Shown here: positions 31,498-43,575 of the stretch, piece by piece
Numbering within the stretch: position 1 is the first letter of the stretch
How the letters are laid out: each line of letters begins with the position of its first letter
NCBI GenBank assembly: GCA_025359215.1
Contig: JANYHE010000066.1
Span: 8,539-72,538 of the forward strand
Source of the DNA: Hyphomicrobiales bacterium
GTDB lineage: Bacteria; Pseudomonadota; Alphaproteobacteria; Rhizobiales; Aestuariivirgaceae
Reading direction: 5' to 3'
Length of the DNA: 64,000 nucleotides
Notes under the pieces: generated by a model
Told to the model about the DNA's origin: nothing
Database searches by the model: none
Seen by the model: the letters and a program-made list of their open reading frames with translations, nothing else
Made by a program: the position numbers and the translations under genes

Positions 31498-32559
31498 ATG
31501 TCTTTAGAACAAGAAATTCTTTCGCAAATTTCCGCCGCCGCCGATGAGGCAGGCGTTGAAGCCATTCGCGTTTCCGCACTCGGCAAAAAAGGCTCGATTT
31601 CCGAGCAGATGTCAGGCCTTGGTAAAATGGCACCGGATGAGCGCAAAGCCGCGGGCGCTGCACTGAATGTTCTCAAAGATAAAGTGTCGGAAGCCTTGGC
31701 CTCCCGCAAAGCGGTTTTGGGAGAAGCGGCTTTAGAAGCACGCCTACTCACGGAAAAAATTGACGTGACGCTTCCTATCCGCCCACAAAATTCCGGCACC
31801 ATTCATCCGGTCTCTCAAGTGTGGGAAGAGGTGGTGCAGATATTCGGTGACCTCGGATTCTCAGTGGCTGAAGGCCCGCATATTGAAGATGATTTTCATA
31901 ATTTTGATGCGCTCAACATGCCGCCCGATCATCCGGCCCGCCAAGAACATGATACATTCTATTTCAATGAAAAACCTGATGGCAGCCGAATGGTTTTGCG
32001 CACGCATACGTCGCCCGTGCAAATCCGAACCATGTTGTCGAGCAAACCGCCAATTAGAATTATCGCACCGGGCCGCACGTTTCGCTCTGACTCAGACATG
32101 ACCCACACGCCGATGTTCAATCAAGTTGAAGCCTTGGTGATCGATGAGAAAACCCATCTCGGAAACCTCAAATGGATTCTTGAAGAGTTTTGCAAAGCGT
32201 TTTTCGAGATTGATAATGTGAACATGCGTTTCCGCGCTTCGCATTTTCCCTTCACCGAGCCTTCGATGGAAGTGGACATTCAATATAGCCGCGAAGGTGG
32301 TGTGTTGAAGCTGGGCACCGGCGATAAGTGGATGGAGATTTTAGGCAGCGGCATGGTGCATCCCAATGTGATTAAAGCTGGCGGGCTTGACCCTGATAAA
32401 TACCAAGGCTTCGCCTTCGGCATGGGCATCGACCGTATCGCCATGCTGAAATATGGAATACCGGATTTGCGTGCGTTTTTTGAATCAGATTTGCGCTGGC
32501 TGAAGCATTACGGTTTCCGTTCACTGCAAGTGCCAACGCTAGCAGGGGGCCTTTCCTAA
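31498..32559 (+). CDS. pheS: phenylalanyl-tRNA synthetase alpha subunit
   Basis: [36 protein letters not shown]. Confidence 0.97.
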   Translation: MSLEQEILSQISAAADEAGVEAIRVSALGKKGSISEQMSGLGKMAPDERKAAGAALNVLKDKVSEALASRKAVLGEAALEARLLTEKIDVTLPIRPQNSGTIHPVSQVWEEVVQIFGDLGFSVAEGPHIEDDFHNFDALNMPPDHPARQEHDTFYFNEKPDGSRMVLRTHTSPVQIRTMLSSKPPIRIIAPGRTFRSDSDMTHTPMFNQVEALVIDEKTHLGNLKWILEEFCKAFFEIDNVNMRFRASHFPFTEPSMEVDIQYSREGGVLKLGTGDKWMEILGSGMVHPNVIKAGGLDPDKYQGFAFGMGIDRIAMLKYGIPDLRAFFESDLRWLKHYGFRSLQVPTLAGGLS

Positions 32560-32590
32560 TGTCCTCGCCCACTCTCACCTCCTCAACTCC

Positions 32591-32689
32591 GTCATCCCGA
32601 CGAAAGTCGGGACCCAGCTTAGCCACGCGTTGCAAACTTCAAACATTTCTCCAAACCCAAGTCTGGGTCCCGACTTTCGTCGGGATGAC
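32591..32689. repeat. REP-like doublet: perfect 27-bp inverted repeats, each a GAAA/TTTC-loop palindrome, around a 45-bp spacer
   Basis: GTCATCCCGACGAAAGTCGGGACCCAG (32591-32617) and its exact reverse complement CTGGGTCCCGACTTTCGTCGGGATGAC (32663-32689). Confidence 0.85.
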
Positions 32690-32715
32690 AGATATTATGA
32701 GAATTGGGGTTGAAA

Positions 32716-33126
32716 ATGGCTGAAGCGAGTGCATGGTGGCCAGCAATAGCAATATTACTTACGGCAATTTCAGCTGCGATTGTATATTGGGCACAGAAAG
32801 CAGCAGATAGGAAATCCGCGCTTATTGAATTGCGCCGGACTGCATATCGCGACTATCTGGTACATTTGACAAAATTGGCTGACAGCACAACTTCGCAAAC
32901 AGCATATAACTCACTAGTTGCCGAGTTGAATGTGATTGGTACTGATGATGTCTTATTTGCGATTGGCGAATTCAATCAATACATGAATGGGATTGACTCA
33001 GCAAAAAGACAACCTGAAATCTACAAGAAGCTAATTGCAAAAATTGTTTTGAGAATGCGCAAAGACTGTTTTAGCGAAAGCACACTTGACATTCATACTG
33101 CAGCTATGTTGTTACCTTTCAAATGA
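32716..33126 (+). CDS. hypothetical protein with N-terminal TM anchor inserted between pheS and pheT
   Basis: 136 aa from ATG 32716; hydrophobic WWPAIAILLTAISAAIVYW; AT-richer than its flanks. No family recognised. Confidence 0.7.
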   Translation: MAEASAWWPAIAILLTAISAAIVYWAQKAADRKSALIELRRTAYRDYLVHLTKLADSTTSQTAYNSLVAELNVIGTDDVLFAIGEFNQYMNGIDSAKRQPEIYKKLIAKIVLRMRKDCFSESTLDIHTAAMLLPFK

Positions 33127-33134
33127 GATAATAA

Positions 33135-35498
33135 ATGAAATTCACTTTCTCTTGGCTCAAAGAGCATCTCGAAACTTCTGCTACTCTCGAACAAATCCTT
33201 GATGGACTGGTGGGCGTGGGGCTTGAGGTTGAAGAGGTTGCGGACCGCACGCAAGAATTGGCCGCTTTCAAAGTAGCCTATGTTCAATCAGCGGAAAAAC
33301 ACCCCAATGCCGATAAGCTTCGGCTTTGCAAAGTTGAAACTGATCAAGGCATCAAGCAAGTTGTTTGCGGTGCGCCCAATGCGCGGGCGGGCATGAAGGC
33401 TATTATCGCATTGCCGGGTGCGGTGATCCCCGCCACTAAAGATGTTTTGCAACTGGGAAGTATTCGTGGCGAAGAAAGCCAAGCTATGATGTGTTCCGAG
33501 CGTGAGCTTCTGCTTTCGGAAGAACATGACGGCATTATTGAAGTGCAGGGCGATTGGCCGGTGGGCACATCTGCTGTGGTGGCGCTGGGTCTTGATGATC
33601 CGATGATTTATATCAAGGTGACTGCGAACCGCCCTGATGCTTTGGGCATTCATGGTTTGGCGCGTGATCTTGCCGCCAAGGGCCTTGGCACGTTGAAGCC
33701 TGTGAATGCTGCACCTGTGAAAGGCACATTCAAATCTCCAATATCCGTTTCACTTCAAACTGAAAATTGCCCGCTCTTTGTGGGTCGCTATTTCAAGGGC
33801 GTGAAAAACGGGCCATCGCCTGCATGGTTGCAGCGGCAACTCAAAGCTATTGGCCTTCGTCCCATTTCAACCTTGGTTGATATCACCAATTATATCACCT
33901 TTACTTATGCGCGGCCTTTGCATGTATTCGACGCCGACAAAACCCATGGCAACATTTCGGCGCGTGCTGCCAAAGATGGCGAAAGCATTTTAGCACTTGA
34001 TGGCAAGACCTATGCTCTGAGCGCTGGCATGACGGTGATTGCCGACGAACAAGGCCCTGAAGGTATCGCCGGCATTATGGGTGGTGAGGCTTCTGGCTGT
34101 TCGGAAACAACCACAAATGTGTTCCTCGAATCCGCGTGGTTTAATCCGCAATCAACGGCTGCCAGCGGCCGCAAGCTTTCAATCAATTCTGATGCGCGCT
34201 ATCGCTTTGAACGTGGCGTTGATCCGGCCTTCACGCAAACGGGCGCTGAAATTGCCACGCGCATGATTTTGGAATTGTGCGGCGGTGAGGCTTCGGAGCT
34301 TGTGATCGGTGGTTCTGTTCCTGATACAACACGCTCTTACACTCTTCGCAAAGACCGTGTGCAGTTACTCGGTGGCGTAATTATTCCGTGGACGGAGCAA
34401 TTGCGCATTTTGTGTGATCTTGGCTTCACCGTGACTGATGATGGCGTGTGCAATCCCCCCAGCTGGCGGCCTGATGTGAAGGGCGAAGCTGATTTGGTGG
34501 AAGAAATCTGCCGCATTTACGGTCTCGATAAAATTGCCTCAGCGCCAATGGATCGACCAAACGCCATTGCGCGACCAGTTTTAAATCCGCTGCAGAAACG
34601 CATGTTAACTTCGCGGCGCACATTGGCCACGCGGGGCTTCAATGAGGCTGTGACTTGGGCCTTCATTCCTGAAGCCCATGCCAAGCTCTTTGGTGGTGGT
34701 CAGAATGAATTAAAACTCAGCAATGCCATATCATCAGAACTCACTGACATGCGGCCTTCATTGTTGCCCAATCTCATTGCCGCTGCTGGTCGCAATGTGG
34801 CACGGGGGGTTGCTGATCTGATGCTCGCCGAAGTGGGCCATGCTTATGCGGGTGACAGGCCTGAAAACGAGACCTTACGCGCTGCGGGTATTCGCCGTGG
34901 TGCAGTTACACCGCGCAATGTACATGGCGGCACTCGCGCTGTGGATACATTTGATGTGAAGGCTGACGTGTTGGCGGTGCTTGAAGCATGTGGCGTTGCC
35001 GCCCCTCAAATTGTATCGGGTGCGCCAGCATGGTTCCATCCGGGCCGTAGTGGCACCGTGCAAATGGGTCCAAAAAATCAGCTCGCCTATTTTGGTGAAA
35101 TTCATCCACGCGTTCTGAATGCGATGGATGTGAAAGGGCCATTAGTTGCGTTTGAAATTATTTTAAATGCGCTACCTTCGTCTAAATCAAAAAACTTGAC
35201 GCGTTCGGCATTGACCAGTTTTGATCTTTTACCCGTGTCGCGTGATTTTGCATTCGTTGTTGATGACAAAGTTCAAGCCGCTGAACTCATCAAAGCTGTC
35301 AAAGTCGTTAATAAGGTTCTGATCAGTGATGCAACTGTGTTTGATCTTTATAAGCTTGAAGGTGGTAAAACGTCTCTCGCTGTCGAAGTGACCTTACAGC
35401 CCCGTGACAAGACTTTGACAGATGTTGAAATTGAGGCATTATCAGCCAAGATCGTCGGCACCGCTGAGAAAGCGGTTGGCGCTACATTGCGGAGCTAA
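33135..35498 (+). CDS. pheT: phenylalanyl-tRNA synthetase beta subunit
   Basis: [44 protein letters not shown]. Confidence 0.97.
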   Translation: MKFTFSWLKEHLETSATLEQILDGLVGVGLEVEEVADRTQELAAFKVAYVQSAEKHPNADKLRLCKVETDQGIKQVVCGAPNARAGMKAIIALPGAVIPATKDVLQLGSIRGEESQAMMCSERELLLSEEHDGIIEVQGDWPVGTSAVVALGLDDPMIYIKVTANRPDALGIHGLARDLAAKGLGTLKPVNAAPVKGTFKSPISVSLQTENCPLFVGRYFKGVKNGPSPAWLQRQLKAIGLRPISTLVDITNYITFTYARPLHVFDADKTHGNISARAAKDGESILALDGKTYALSAGMTVIADEQGPEGIAGIMGGEASGCSETTTNVFLESAWFNPQSTAASGRKLSINSDARYRFERGVDPAFTQTGAEIATRMILELCGGEASELVIGGSVPDTTRSYTLRKDRVQLLGGVIIPWTEQLRILCDLGFTVTDDGVCNPPSWRPDVKGEADLVEEICRIYGLDKIASAPMDRPNAIARPVLNPLQKRMLTSRRTLATRGFNEAVTWAFIPEAHAKLFGGGQNELKLSNAISSELTDMRPSLLPNLIAAAGRNVARGVADLMLAEVGHAYAGDRPENETLRAAGIRRGAVTPRNVHGGTRAVDTFDVKADVLAVLEACGVAAPQIVSGAPAWFHPGRSGTVQMGPKNQLAYFGEIHPRVLNAMDVKGPLVAFEIILNALPSSKSKNLTRSALTSFDLLPVSRDFAFVVDDKVQAAELIKAVKVVNKVLISDATVFDLYKLEGGKTSLAVEVTLQPRDKTLTDVEIEALSAKIVGTAEKAVGATLRS

Positions 35499-35500
35499 AT

Positions 35501-37108
35501 ATGACAACAGCAATCGCCTTCAAAAATCTGAAAGCTCACCGTAAAGTATCAGCGCCGGATATGCGCAAGGCCTTTGCCAAAGATGCTAAGCGCTTTGAAA
35601 ATTTCTCGGCGCGGGCTGATGATCTGCTGCTCGATTATTCCAAGTGTGCGGTGAATTCCAAAACCATGAAGCTGCTGGCTTCATTGCTCAAGGCTGCAAA
35701 AGTTGAAGCCGCACGCGACCACATGATGCGCGGTGACATCATCAACACCACTGAAAAACGCGCCGTGTTACATACGGCATTGCGTCGTCCCAAATCGGAA
35801 ATGGTTTTCGTTGATGGCCATAATGTTGTGCACGATGTGCATGACGTGCTGGAAGCCATGGCTCGCTTTGCCACAGATATTCGCAAGAGCAATATTACAG
35901 ATATTGTGAATATCGGTATTGGCGGCTCCGATCTTGGCCCTGCGATGGTAACACTGGCACTGGCGCCTTATCACGATGGCCCTAAAACGCATTATGTGTC
36001 GAACGTTGATGGCGCACATATTGCTGACACCTTGAAAACTTTGAACCCAGCGACAACCTTATTTTTGATTGCATCTAAAACTTTTACCACCATCGAAACC
36101 ATGACCAACGCCAAAACGGCGCGGAAATGGATTTCAGCTGCCTTGGGCGAAGACAAAGTGGGGGAACATTTTGCTGCCATCTCCACCGCCATTGATAAAG
36201 TAAAGGCCTTTGGCATTTCTGAAAAGCGCATATTTGGATTCTGGGATTGGGTGGGTGGGCGTTTCTCTATCTGGTCAGCCATAGGGTTGCCTGTGATGAT
36301 CGCCGTTGGTCCTAAAAACTTCATGGATTTCCTGAGCGGTGGCCATGCCATGGACACGCATTTCAGCAAAGCCAAGCCGCACGAAAACTTACCCATGCTC
36401 ATGGGCCTGCTGGGTGTGTGGCATCGTAACATTTGCAATCATCCGTCCCGCGCGATCATTCCCTATGATCAGCGCCTGTCACGCTTTGCAGCTTATCTGC
36501 AACAGCTTGATATGGAATCCAATGGCAAGCGCGTGGGCAAGGATGGCAAACCCTTAAAAAATGCATCCGGCCCGATTGTGTGGGGCGAACCCGGCACCAA
36601 TGGTCAACACGCGTTTTTCCAATTGCTGCACCAAGGCACGGATATTATTCCAGTAGAGTTTCTCATCGCCGCTGAGCCCCATGAAACGGGCATGGCCGAA
36701 CATCACACTTTGCTGGTGTCAAATTGCTTGGCGCAATCTCAGGCTTTGATGAAAGGCCGCACGCAAAAAGAAGCGGAAGCACAGCTGAAATCCATGGGGA
36801 AGTCAGCTGCCGAGATCAAAGCGCTGGCTCCTCACCGGGTATTCGCTGGCAATCGCCCGTCGATCACTCTGGTTTATAAGAAACTCGATCCCTTCACCCT
36901 TGGTCGTCTCATAGCGCTTTACGAACACCGTGTTTTTGTGGAAGGTGTGATCTGGGGCCTGAATTCGTTTGACCAATGGGGTGTGGAGCTGGGCAAAGAA
37001 CTGGCCACCGCCCTGCAGCCCGTCGTGGAGGGCAAGGCTGATGCCTCCGCACTTGATAGTTCCACAGCGGGACAATTGGCCCATATGAAGGCGTTGCTGA
37101 AAGCTTGA
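35501..37108 (+). CDS. pgi: glucose-6-phosphate isomerase
   Basis: [45 protein letters not shown]. Confidence 0.97.
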   Translation: MTTAIAFKNLKAHRKVSAPDMRKAFAKDAKRFENFSARADDLLLDYSKCAVNSKTMKLLASLLKAAKVEAARDHMMRGDIINTTEKRAVLHTALRRPKSEMVFVDGHNVVHDVHDVLEAMARFATDIRKSNITDIVNIGIGGSDLGPAMVTLALAPYHDGPKTHYVSNVDGAHIADTLKTLNPATTLFLIASKTFTTIETMTNAKTARKWISAALGEDKVGEHFAAISTAIDKVKAFGISEKRIFGFWDWVGGRFSIWSAIGLPVMIAVGPKNFMDFLSGGHAMDTHFSKAKPHENLPMLMGLLGVWHRNICNHPSRAIIPYDQRLSRFAAYLQQLDMESNGKRVGKDGKPLKNASGPIVWGEPGTNGQHAFFQLLHQGTDIIPVEFLIAAEPHETGMAEHHTLLVSNCLAQSQALMKGRTQKEAEAQLKSMGKSAAEIKALAPHRVFAGNRPSITLVYKKLDPFTLGRLIALYEHRVFVEGVIWGLNSFDQWGVELGKELATALQPVVEGKADASALDSSTAGQLAHMKALLKA

Positions 37109-37142
37109 CCATTGCGGCGCGGAATGCCAAACACCGCGCCAA

Positions 37143-38945
37143 ATGACCGAAACATCACAAATCCGCAATTTCTCCATCATCGCCCATATTGATCATGGCA
37201 AATCCACTTTGGCTGATCGGTTGATCCAGCTGTGTGGGGCCGTTACCGATCGCGAGATGGTGGACCAAATTCTCGACTCGATGGATATTGAGCGCGAGCG
37301 TGGCATCACCATCAAGGCCAATACCGTGCGTCTTGATTATAAAGCCAAGGACGGCAAGGATTATGTGCTGAATTTAATCGACACGCCTGGACACGTGGAT
37401 TTCGCCTATGAGGTGTCGCGCTCACTTGCGGCCTGTGAAGGTTCGCTGCTGGTGGTGGACGCCAGCCAAGGTGTGGAAGCGCAGACGCTGGCCAATGTGT
37501 ATCAGGCCATCAACAACAACCACGAAATTATTCCTGTGCTCAATAAGGTGGATTTGCCCGCAGCGGAACCGGAGCGTATTCAACAACAAATTGAAGATGT
37601 GATCGGCATTGATGCTTCTGATGCTGTGATGATTTCGGCCAAGACGGGGCTTGGTGTTCCTGATGTTCTCGAAGCCATTGTGACCCGCCTGCCTGCTCCT
37701 AAGGGCAACCGTGATGCACCACTCAAGGCGTTGCTGGTTGATAGCTGGTATGACGCTTATCTTGGCGTCGTTGTTTTGGTGCGTATCATTGATGGAGTGC
37801 TGAAAAAAGGCATGCGCGTGCGCATGATGGGCACAGGCGGGCTTTATCCGGTTGAACGCGTTGGCGTGTCTCGCCCGAAGAAAGTGGTCGTTGACGAGCT
37901 GGGCCCAGGTGAAATCGGTTTCTTCACCGGCGCTATTAAAGAAGTGGCGGATACGCGCGTTGGCGATACGGTGACTGAAGATAAGAACCCCACTTCCCAA
38001 GCTTTGCCAGACTTTAAAGAGGCGCAATCGGTGGTGTTTGCGGGCTTCTTCCCTGTGGACGCTTCCGAATTTGAAGATTTGCGCGATGCTATGGGTAAAT
38101 TGCGTTTGAACGATGCCAGCTTCTCTTATGAAATGGAAACGTCTGCCGCCTTGGGCTTTGGTTTCCGTTGCGGCTTCCTCGGGTTGCTGCACCTTGAAAT
38201 TGTGCGCGAGCGCATTGAACGTGAGTTTAACGTTGAAATTATCACCACGGCACCATCGGTTATTTATAAGATTGATCTGCGTGATGGCACCCATGTTGAT
38301 ATGCATAATCCAGCCGATATGCCAGATGTCTCCACTATCACAGCCATGAATGAGCCGTGGATTGAAGCGACAATTTTGGTCCCGGATGAATATTTAGGCT
38401 CCGTGTTGAAGCTCTGCGAAGATCGCCGTGGCCGCCAAAAGCAACTCACTTATGCGGGCAGCCGTGCAATGGTGGTTTACGATTTGCCGCTGAACGAAGT
38501 GGTGTTTGATTTTTATGATCGCTTGAAATCAGTGTCTAAAGGCTATGCCTCATTCGACTATAAAATGACTGAATATGTCGCCGCCGATCTTGTAAAGCTT
38601 TCAATTTTGGTGAACGAAGAGCCCGTGGATGCACTGTCCATGGTAGTTCACAGAACGCGAGCCGAGCAGCGCGGACGGGTGATGTGCGAAAAGTTGAAAG
38701 ACTTGATCCCGCGCCACATGTTTAAGATTCCAATCCAAGCCTCAATCGGTGGCAAGGTTGTGGCGCGTGAGACTTTATCTGCGATGCGCAAAGATGTGAC
38801 GGCCAAGTGTTATGGTGGTGATATTTCTCGTAAGCGCAAACTTCTGGATAAACAAAAGGAAGGCAAAAAGAAAATGCGCCAATTCGGCAAAGTTGAAATT
38901 CCACAGGAAGCCTTTATTGCGGCACTGAAGATGGATGAGAATTGA
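37143..38945 (+). CDS. lepA: elongation factor 4
   Basis: [43 protein letters not shown]. Confidence 0.98.
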   Translation: MTETSQIRNFSIIAHIDHGKSTLADRLIQLCGAVTDREMVDQILDSMDIERERGITIKANTVRLDYKAKDGKDYVLNLIDTPGHVDFAYEVSRSLAACEGSLLVVDASQGVEAQTLANVYQAINNNHEIIPVLNKVDLPAAEPERIQQQIEDVIGIDASDAVMISAKTGLGVPDVLEAIVTRLPAPKGNRDAPLKALLVDSWYDAYLGVVVLVRIIDGVLKKGMRVRMMGTGGLYPVERVGVSRPKKVVVDELGPGEIGFFTGAIKEVADTRVGDTVTEDKNPTSQALPDFKEAQSVVFAGFFPVDASEFEDLRDAMGKLRLNDASFSYEMETSAALGFGFRCGFLGLLHLEIVRERIEREFNVEIITTAPSVIYKIDLRDGTHVDMHNPADMPDVSTITAMNEPWIEATILVPDEYLGSVLKLCEDRRGRQKQLTYAGSRAMVVYDLPLNEVVFDFYDRLKSVSKGYASFDYKMTEYVAADLVKLSILVNEEPVDALSMVVHRTRAEQRGRVMCEKLKDLIPRHMFKIPIQASIGGKVVARETLSAMRKDVTAKCYGGDISRKRKLLDKQKEGKKKMRQFGKVEIPQEAFIAALKMDEN

Positions 38946-38961
38946 GTAGGGCCAAAGCCCC

Positions 38962-40035
38962 ATGATCCTGCTTGCCATCGACACAGCGCTGGCCAGTTGC
39001 TCGGCCTGTGTTTACGATTCTACACAAGGCAAAATCCTCGCAGAGGAGCGCGAATTGATGGAGCGCGGTCACGCCGAAGCGCTGCCCCCCATGGTGGCCC
39101 GCGTGATGGCTACTGCTGGAATATCTTACGCTAACCTGAATCGCATTGCTGTGACAACTGGCCCGGGAACTTTCACCGGAATTCGTATTGGCCTCAGTTT
39201 TGCGCGGGCTTTGGGCCTCGCGTGCAACATTAAGGTGTTCGGAATTAACTCGTTAATGGCCTGCCAAGTGGCTGTAATTCAGACAAAATTTCCAATTTTT
39301 GTTGCTCATAAAGCAGGTCAAAGTGGCTTCATCTATTTTATGAACTTTAATATTTCTAATAATATAGAAATATCAAATTCGGTCGATTTACCTGTTGGGC
39401 CAACTCTTGTCATCGGAACGGCTGCGCATGATTTGGTGGCGGCCTCTGGTCGAACAGACTTAGAAACTCAACCGGAATTTGATCTGCCCTTGGCTTCGGG
39501 ATTTGCAGCTTATGCTGCTGGCCTGCCTGATCCCATTGGTATGCCCGAACCTGTTTATCTTCGTGAAGCAGATGCCAAACCGCAGAGTGCAGCCCTTCGT
39601 GGCTTGCCTGATTTGCAGATAAACATCGCCGATAGTGCCGCCATACCTGCGCTGGCCAAACTTCATGCCGCTTGCTTTGATGAAGCATGGACTGAAGTGG
39701 CACTGGCCAGCGTGATGGCAAGCCTTGGTGTGGGCGCGTTAATGGCGTCAAGTGCAGAAGGTCCGGTAGGGCTGCTGCTTTACCGCGTTGTGGCCGATGA
39801 AGCTGAGATTTTGACACTCGGCGTGGACCCAAACTTGCGAAGGCGTGGAGCTGGTAAAGCTTTAATTGAAAGTCTGCTCGCGCTCAAAATTCCACAGGTG
39901 TTTCTGGAAGTGGCAAGCAGCAACGAAGATGCGATCAAACTTTACACTAAAGCGGGTTTCAAACAGGTGGGTTTACGCAAAGCCTACTATGCTGCAACGG
40001 GCGATGATGCGTTGATTTTAAAATGGGCCGTCTAA
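38962..40035 (+). CDS. tsaB: TsaB (t6A biosynthesis) - RimI-like GNAT acetyltransferase fusion
   Basis: N-half: LAIDT, GHAE, GPGTFTGIRIG, EPVYLR. C-half: EAEILTLGV, RRRGAG, FLEVASSN, LYTKAGF, RKAYY. One uninterrupted frame. Confidence 0.88.
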   Translation: MILLAIDTALASCSACVYDSTQGKILAEERELMERGHAEALPPMVARVMATAGISYANLNRIAVTTGPGTFTGIRIGLSFARALGLACNIKVFGINSLMACQVAVIQTKFPIFVAHKAGQSGFIYFMNFNISNNIEISNSVDLPVGPTLVIGTAAHDLVAASGRTDLETQPEFDLPLASGFAAYAAGLPDPIGMPEPVYLREADAKPQSAALRGLPDLQINIADSAAIPALAKLHAACFDEAWTEVALASVMASLGVGALMASSAEGPVGLLLYRVVADEAEILTLGVDPNLRRRGAGKALIESLLALKIPQVFLEVASSNEDAIKLYTKAGFKQVGLRKAYYAATGDDALILKWAV

Positions 40036-40748
40036 GAGCCAACTTCATTCTGTCGGGATTCATTGCGCTCACTTTGCCGCTAATGCCAGTACAATTTGTT
40101 CTCACCAAACTTAGTCGCCGTGCTGCCCGCTGGCTGCCATGGGCCTATCATCGTCTTTTATGTCAACTTCTGGGTATGGCCATTAAAGTTGAAGGAGCCC
40201 TACCGCAGGCTCCTGCCTTACTGGTGGCCAATCACGTTTCATGGCTCGATATTCCAGTGCTCAGCGCCATCGCTCCTGTGTCTTTTATTGCCAAACGCGA
40301 AGTGGGCACATGGCCGTTGTTTGGCGCCATGGCGAAACTGCAACGCACAATTTTTATTGACCGCGAGCGTCGCCACAGAACTGGAACGTCATCCAACGAG
40401 ATTGGCGAACGACTTTTAGCCGGAGATATGCTGGTGTTGTTCCCAGAAGGCACTTCCAGCGACGGCACTCAGGTTCTGCCTTTCAAGTCATCCTATTTTG
40501 GCGCGGTGGAAAGCATGAATGTTCCGGTTGTGCCCATCACAATTTCCTACCTTGGCGTGCCCAAATTCTATGCTTGGTATGGAGATATGGATTTGTTGCC
40601 GCATCTTTGGGCTGTGGTTAAATCTGGGCCGTTTAAGGTGCAGATCACAATTCACCCGTTTCTTGCCAAGGCGGATCGTAAAGCCATGGCACGAGAAGCT
40701 GAAAGCATCATTCGAAGCACACTTGGAGAAAAACCTGAAATCCGCTAG
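40023..40748 (+). CDS. PlsC-family acyltransferase (OlsA-like by position)
   Basis: NHVSWLD, FIAKREV, LFPEGT. It sits just upstream of miaB. Confidence 0.85.
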   Translation: MGRLRANFILSGFIALTLPLMPVQFVLTKLSRRAARWLPWAYHRLLCQLLGMAIKVEGALPQAPALLVANHVSWLDIPVLSAIAPVSFIAKREVGTWPLFGAMAKLQRTIFIDRERRHRTGTSSNEIGERLLAGDMLVLFPEGTSSDGTQVLPFKSSYFGAVESMNVPVVPITISYLGVPKFYAWYGDMDLLPHLWAVVKSGPFKVQITIHPFLAKADRKAMAREAESIIRSTLGEKPEIR

Positions 40749-40758
40749 GGGTGCGCCC

Positions 40759-42108
40759 ATGAGTAAATCTGTTTTCGTCAAAACCTATGGCTGCCAAATG
40801 AATGTTTATGACAGCCAGCGCATGCAGGATGTGTTGGCCCCACTTGGCTATGGCGTTGTGGATCGACCAGAAGACGCGGATCTTGTTATCCTCAACACGT
40901 GCCATATTCGTGAAAAGGCTGTTGAAAAAGTCTATTCAGAGCTGGGCCGTTACCGCGATATGAAATTGGCGCGCGGCGGCAATATGACCATCGCTGTTGC
41001 AGGCTGTGTGGGCCAGGCTGAGGCGCACGAAATTACGCGCCGTATGAAATCGGTTGATTTGGTGTTTGGGCCGCAAACTTACCACCGCCTGCCAGAGCTT
41101 TTGAAACAGAGAGAAACAACTGGTCTTGCCGTTGTTGAAACCGAATTTGCGGTTGATGATAAATTCAAAGGCTTGGCCACCGAACAGGTGCGCAATCCAA
41201 CGTCGCGAAGTGTAACAGCCTTTCTCACCATTCAAGAAGGCTGCGATAAGTTCTGTACTTTCTGCGTGGTGCCTTACACGCGGGGTGCTGAATTTTCGCG
41301 TGAGCCAGCGCAAATTGTTGAGGAAGCCAAAAAGCTTGCAGATCAAGGCGTTCGAGAACTAACCCTGCTCGGCCAGAATGTGAATGCCTATCACAGCGGT
41401 TCAGCGACGCTTGCCAGCCTCATCACCGAACTGTCACACATCTCTGGCATTCAGCGCATTAGATACATGACCAGCCACCCCCGCGATATGTCTGATGATT
41501 TGATTGAAGCTCATGGGGCCAACCCAAAGCTGATGCCTTACCTCCACTTGCCCATTCAATCTGGTTCAGACCGTGTTTTGAAAGCCATGAACCGTGGCCA
41601 CACTGCCGCAGACTATTTAAAACTGATTGAACGCATTCGCGCCGCCCAACCGCGAATGGCGCTCACTTCGGATTTCATTGTTGGCTTTCCCGGCGAGAAC
41701 GATTCAGAATTTGAAGATACACTGCAACTGGTGCGTGATGTTCGCTACGCGGCGGCTTACTCGTTTAAATATTCTCCGCGTCCGGGAACGCCAGCCGCCG
41801 AGCGCGATGATCAAGTTCCTGAAGACGTGAAGAATGAACGCTTGGCAAGGTTGCAGACTCTGATCACCCAGCAACAAGCAGCGTTCAACCACTCTTGTGT
41901 GGGCCAAACGCTCAGTGTGCTTTTGGAAAAACCCGGTCGCCAAAATGGCCAATTGATTGGCCGCTCTCCTTATTTGCAATCGGTTCATTTAGAGGCCCCC
42001 GACCACCTTTTAGGATCCTTTGTGGACGCCTATATATTGGGTGTTGGCCCCAACTCACTTTCGGGGCAATATACTGAGTCTGAACCAACTGGAGGTCACT
42101 GCATTTGA
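40759..42108 (+). CDS. miaB: tRNA-2-methylthio-N6-dimethylallyladenosine synthase
   Basis: [37 protein letters not shown] domain. Start at ATG 40759. Confidence 0.97.
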   Translation: MSKSVFVKTYGCQMNVYDSQRMQDVLAPLGYGVVDRPEDADLVILNTCHIREKAVEKVYSELGRYRDMKLARGGNMTIAVAGCVGQAEAHEITRRMKSVDLVFGPQTYHRLPELLKQRETTGLAVVETEFAVDDKFKGLATEQVRNPTSRSVTAFLTIQEGCDKFCTFCVVPYTRGAEFSREPAQIVEEAKKLADQGVRELTLLGQNVNAYHSGSATLASLITELSHISGIQRIRYMTSHPRDMSDDLIEAHGANPKLMPYLHLPIQSGSDRVLKAMNRGHTAADYLKLIERIRAAQPRMALTSDFIVGFPGENDSEFEDTLQLVRDVRYAAAYSFKYSPRPGTPAAERDDQVPEDVKNERLARLQTLITQQQAAFNHSCVGQTLSVLLEKPGRQNGQLIGRSPYLQSVHLEAPDHLLGSFVDAYILGVGPNSLSGQYTESEPTGGHCI

Positions 42109-43106
42109 GCCCATCTGCCAATGTTCTGAAACAGCAAGACTCTGAAGACGGCGTTCTTGCTCTCGCATTTGATGATAACCGCGTTCTTGCCCTTTTGATG
42201 GGCCAACATGATGCGCATCTTGCTGTGATAGAGCAGCGCTTGGGTGTGGCAATCACTCCCCGCGGAAATCGGCTTTCCATTCGAGGTGACCGAACGACAT
42301 CAGAATTGGCTCGCTCAGTGTTGCTACATCTCTACACAAAAGCGTCACGTGGTGATGAAATCAATCGTGGTGAAATTGATGGTGCCATTCGGATGGTCAA
42401 AGTTGCTGAAGAAAAAGAAGTGCAAGGGGGCGGCGTTCGCACACGGCGAAAAACGGTTTCTGCTCGCACTGCCAATCAACAAGTTTATATCGAACAAATT
42501 CGCAAAAATGAATTGTGTTTTGGAATTGGCCCAGCAGGCACAGGCAAAACTTATCTGGCAGTGGCTTGTGCTGCCGAAGCTTTAATGAATGGCGAGGTGG
42601 ACCGAATTATTCTTTCGCGCCCAGCTGTGGAAGCAGGTGAGCGCCTTGGTTTCTTACCGGGTGACATGAAAGAAAAAGTCGATCCCTATTTGCGCCCGCT
42701 TTACGATGCACTTTATGACATGATGCCACAAAGTTTGGTGGCCAAGGCCATGGCTGAAAACCAAATTGAAATTGCACCCTTAGCTTTCATGCGTGGCCGC
42801 ACATTGGCCTCATCCTTTATCATTCTCGATGAAGCCCAGAACACAACGCCGCAACAAATGAAAATGTTTTTGACGCGTCTCGGCGAAGGAAGCCGCATGG
42901 TGATCACCGGTGATCCCACGCAGGTGGATTTACCTTATGGCGTGGTTTCAGGTTTAGATGACGCACTTTCAGTTTTGGAGGGCGTCAACGGCATTGGAGT
43001 GACAGCTTTTCAAACCACTGACATCGTGCGGCATGCTTTGGTGGGCCGTATCGTGGCAGCCTACGATAAAAAAGGCAGCGCCATGATGCGCAAGGTGCGC
43101 GGCTAA
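42105..43106 (+). CDS. phoH: PhoH-like ATPase (KH + PhoH domains)
   Basis: [36 protein letters not shown]. Confidence 0.95.
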   Translation: MSPSANVLKQQDSEDGVLALAFDDNRVLALLMGQHDAHLAVIEQRLGVAITPRGNRLSIRGDRTTSELARSVLLHLYTKASRGDEINRGEIDGAIRMVKVAEEKEVQGGGVRTRRKTVSARTANQQVYIEQIRKNELCFGIGPAGTGKTYLAVACAAEALMNGEVDRIILSRPAVEAGERLGFLPGDMKEKVDPYLRPLYDALYDMMPQSLVAKAMAENQIEIAPLAFMRGRTLASSFIILDEAQNTTPQQMKMFLTRLGEGSRMVITGDPTQVDLPYGVVSGLDDALSVLEGVNGIGVTAFQTTDIVRHALVGRIVAAYDKKGSAMMRKVRG

Positions 43107-43107
43107 T

Positions 43108-43566
43108 ATGCCTCTGAATATTGTTATTGAGGACGAGGTGTGGAAGACCGTGCGCGGCCTTAAATCGTTGACTGAAAAAGCAGTAGATGCCGCACTGACC
43201 GCCGCTGCAAAAAACAAAGAAATTTCCATTCTCTTTGCTGATAATGCAACGTTGAAAAACTTGAACAAGGATTGGCGAGGAAAAAATAAGCCAACGAATG
43301 TTTTATCGTTTCCGTCTTCAAAGGAATTAAAATTGCCTCGTGGGCAAATAAAGCCACTGGGTGATATTGCATTGGCTTTTGAAACTGTCGCAAAGGAAGC
43401 TGAAGCTTCTGGAAAATCCCTCAAGGATCACACCACTCATTTGATCGTGCATGGTGTTTTGCATCTTTTAGGCTATGATCATATTGATGATGCAGACGCT
43501 GCCAAAATGGAAGCCAAAGAAATCCGCATCTTGAAAAAACTTGGGCTTGCCGATCCCTATCAATAA
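43108..43566 (+). CDS. ybeY: rRNA maturation endoribonuclease
   Basis: KPTNVLSFP, LGDI, HGVLHLLGYDH. Confidence 0.96.
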   Translation: MPLNIVIEDEVWKTVRGLKSLTEKAVDAALTAAAKNKEISILFADNATLKNLNKDWRGKNKPTNVLSFPSSKELKLPRGQIKPLGDIALAFETVAKEAEASGKSLKDHTTHLIVHGVLHLLGYDHIDDADAAKMEAKEIRILKKLGLADPYQ

Positions 43567-43575
43567 GAGAACTCT

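Noticed and set aside
37422-38306. 294-aa minus-strand ORF
   Set aside because: Antisense shadow of lepA; no independent motifs. The same applies to the other long overlapping alternate-frame ORFs, e.g. those inside rhaD, pgi and the TIGR02302 gene.
40519-40758. 80-aa N-terminal extension of the miaB ORF
   Set aside because: It overlaps the acyltransferase in another frame. MiaB homology begins at ATG 40759.
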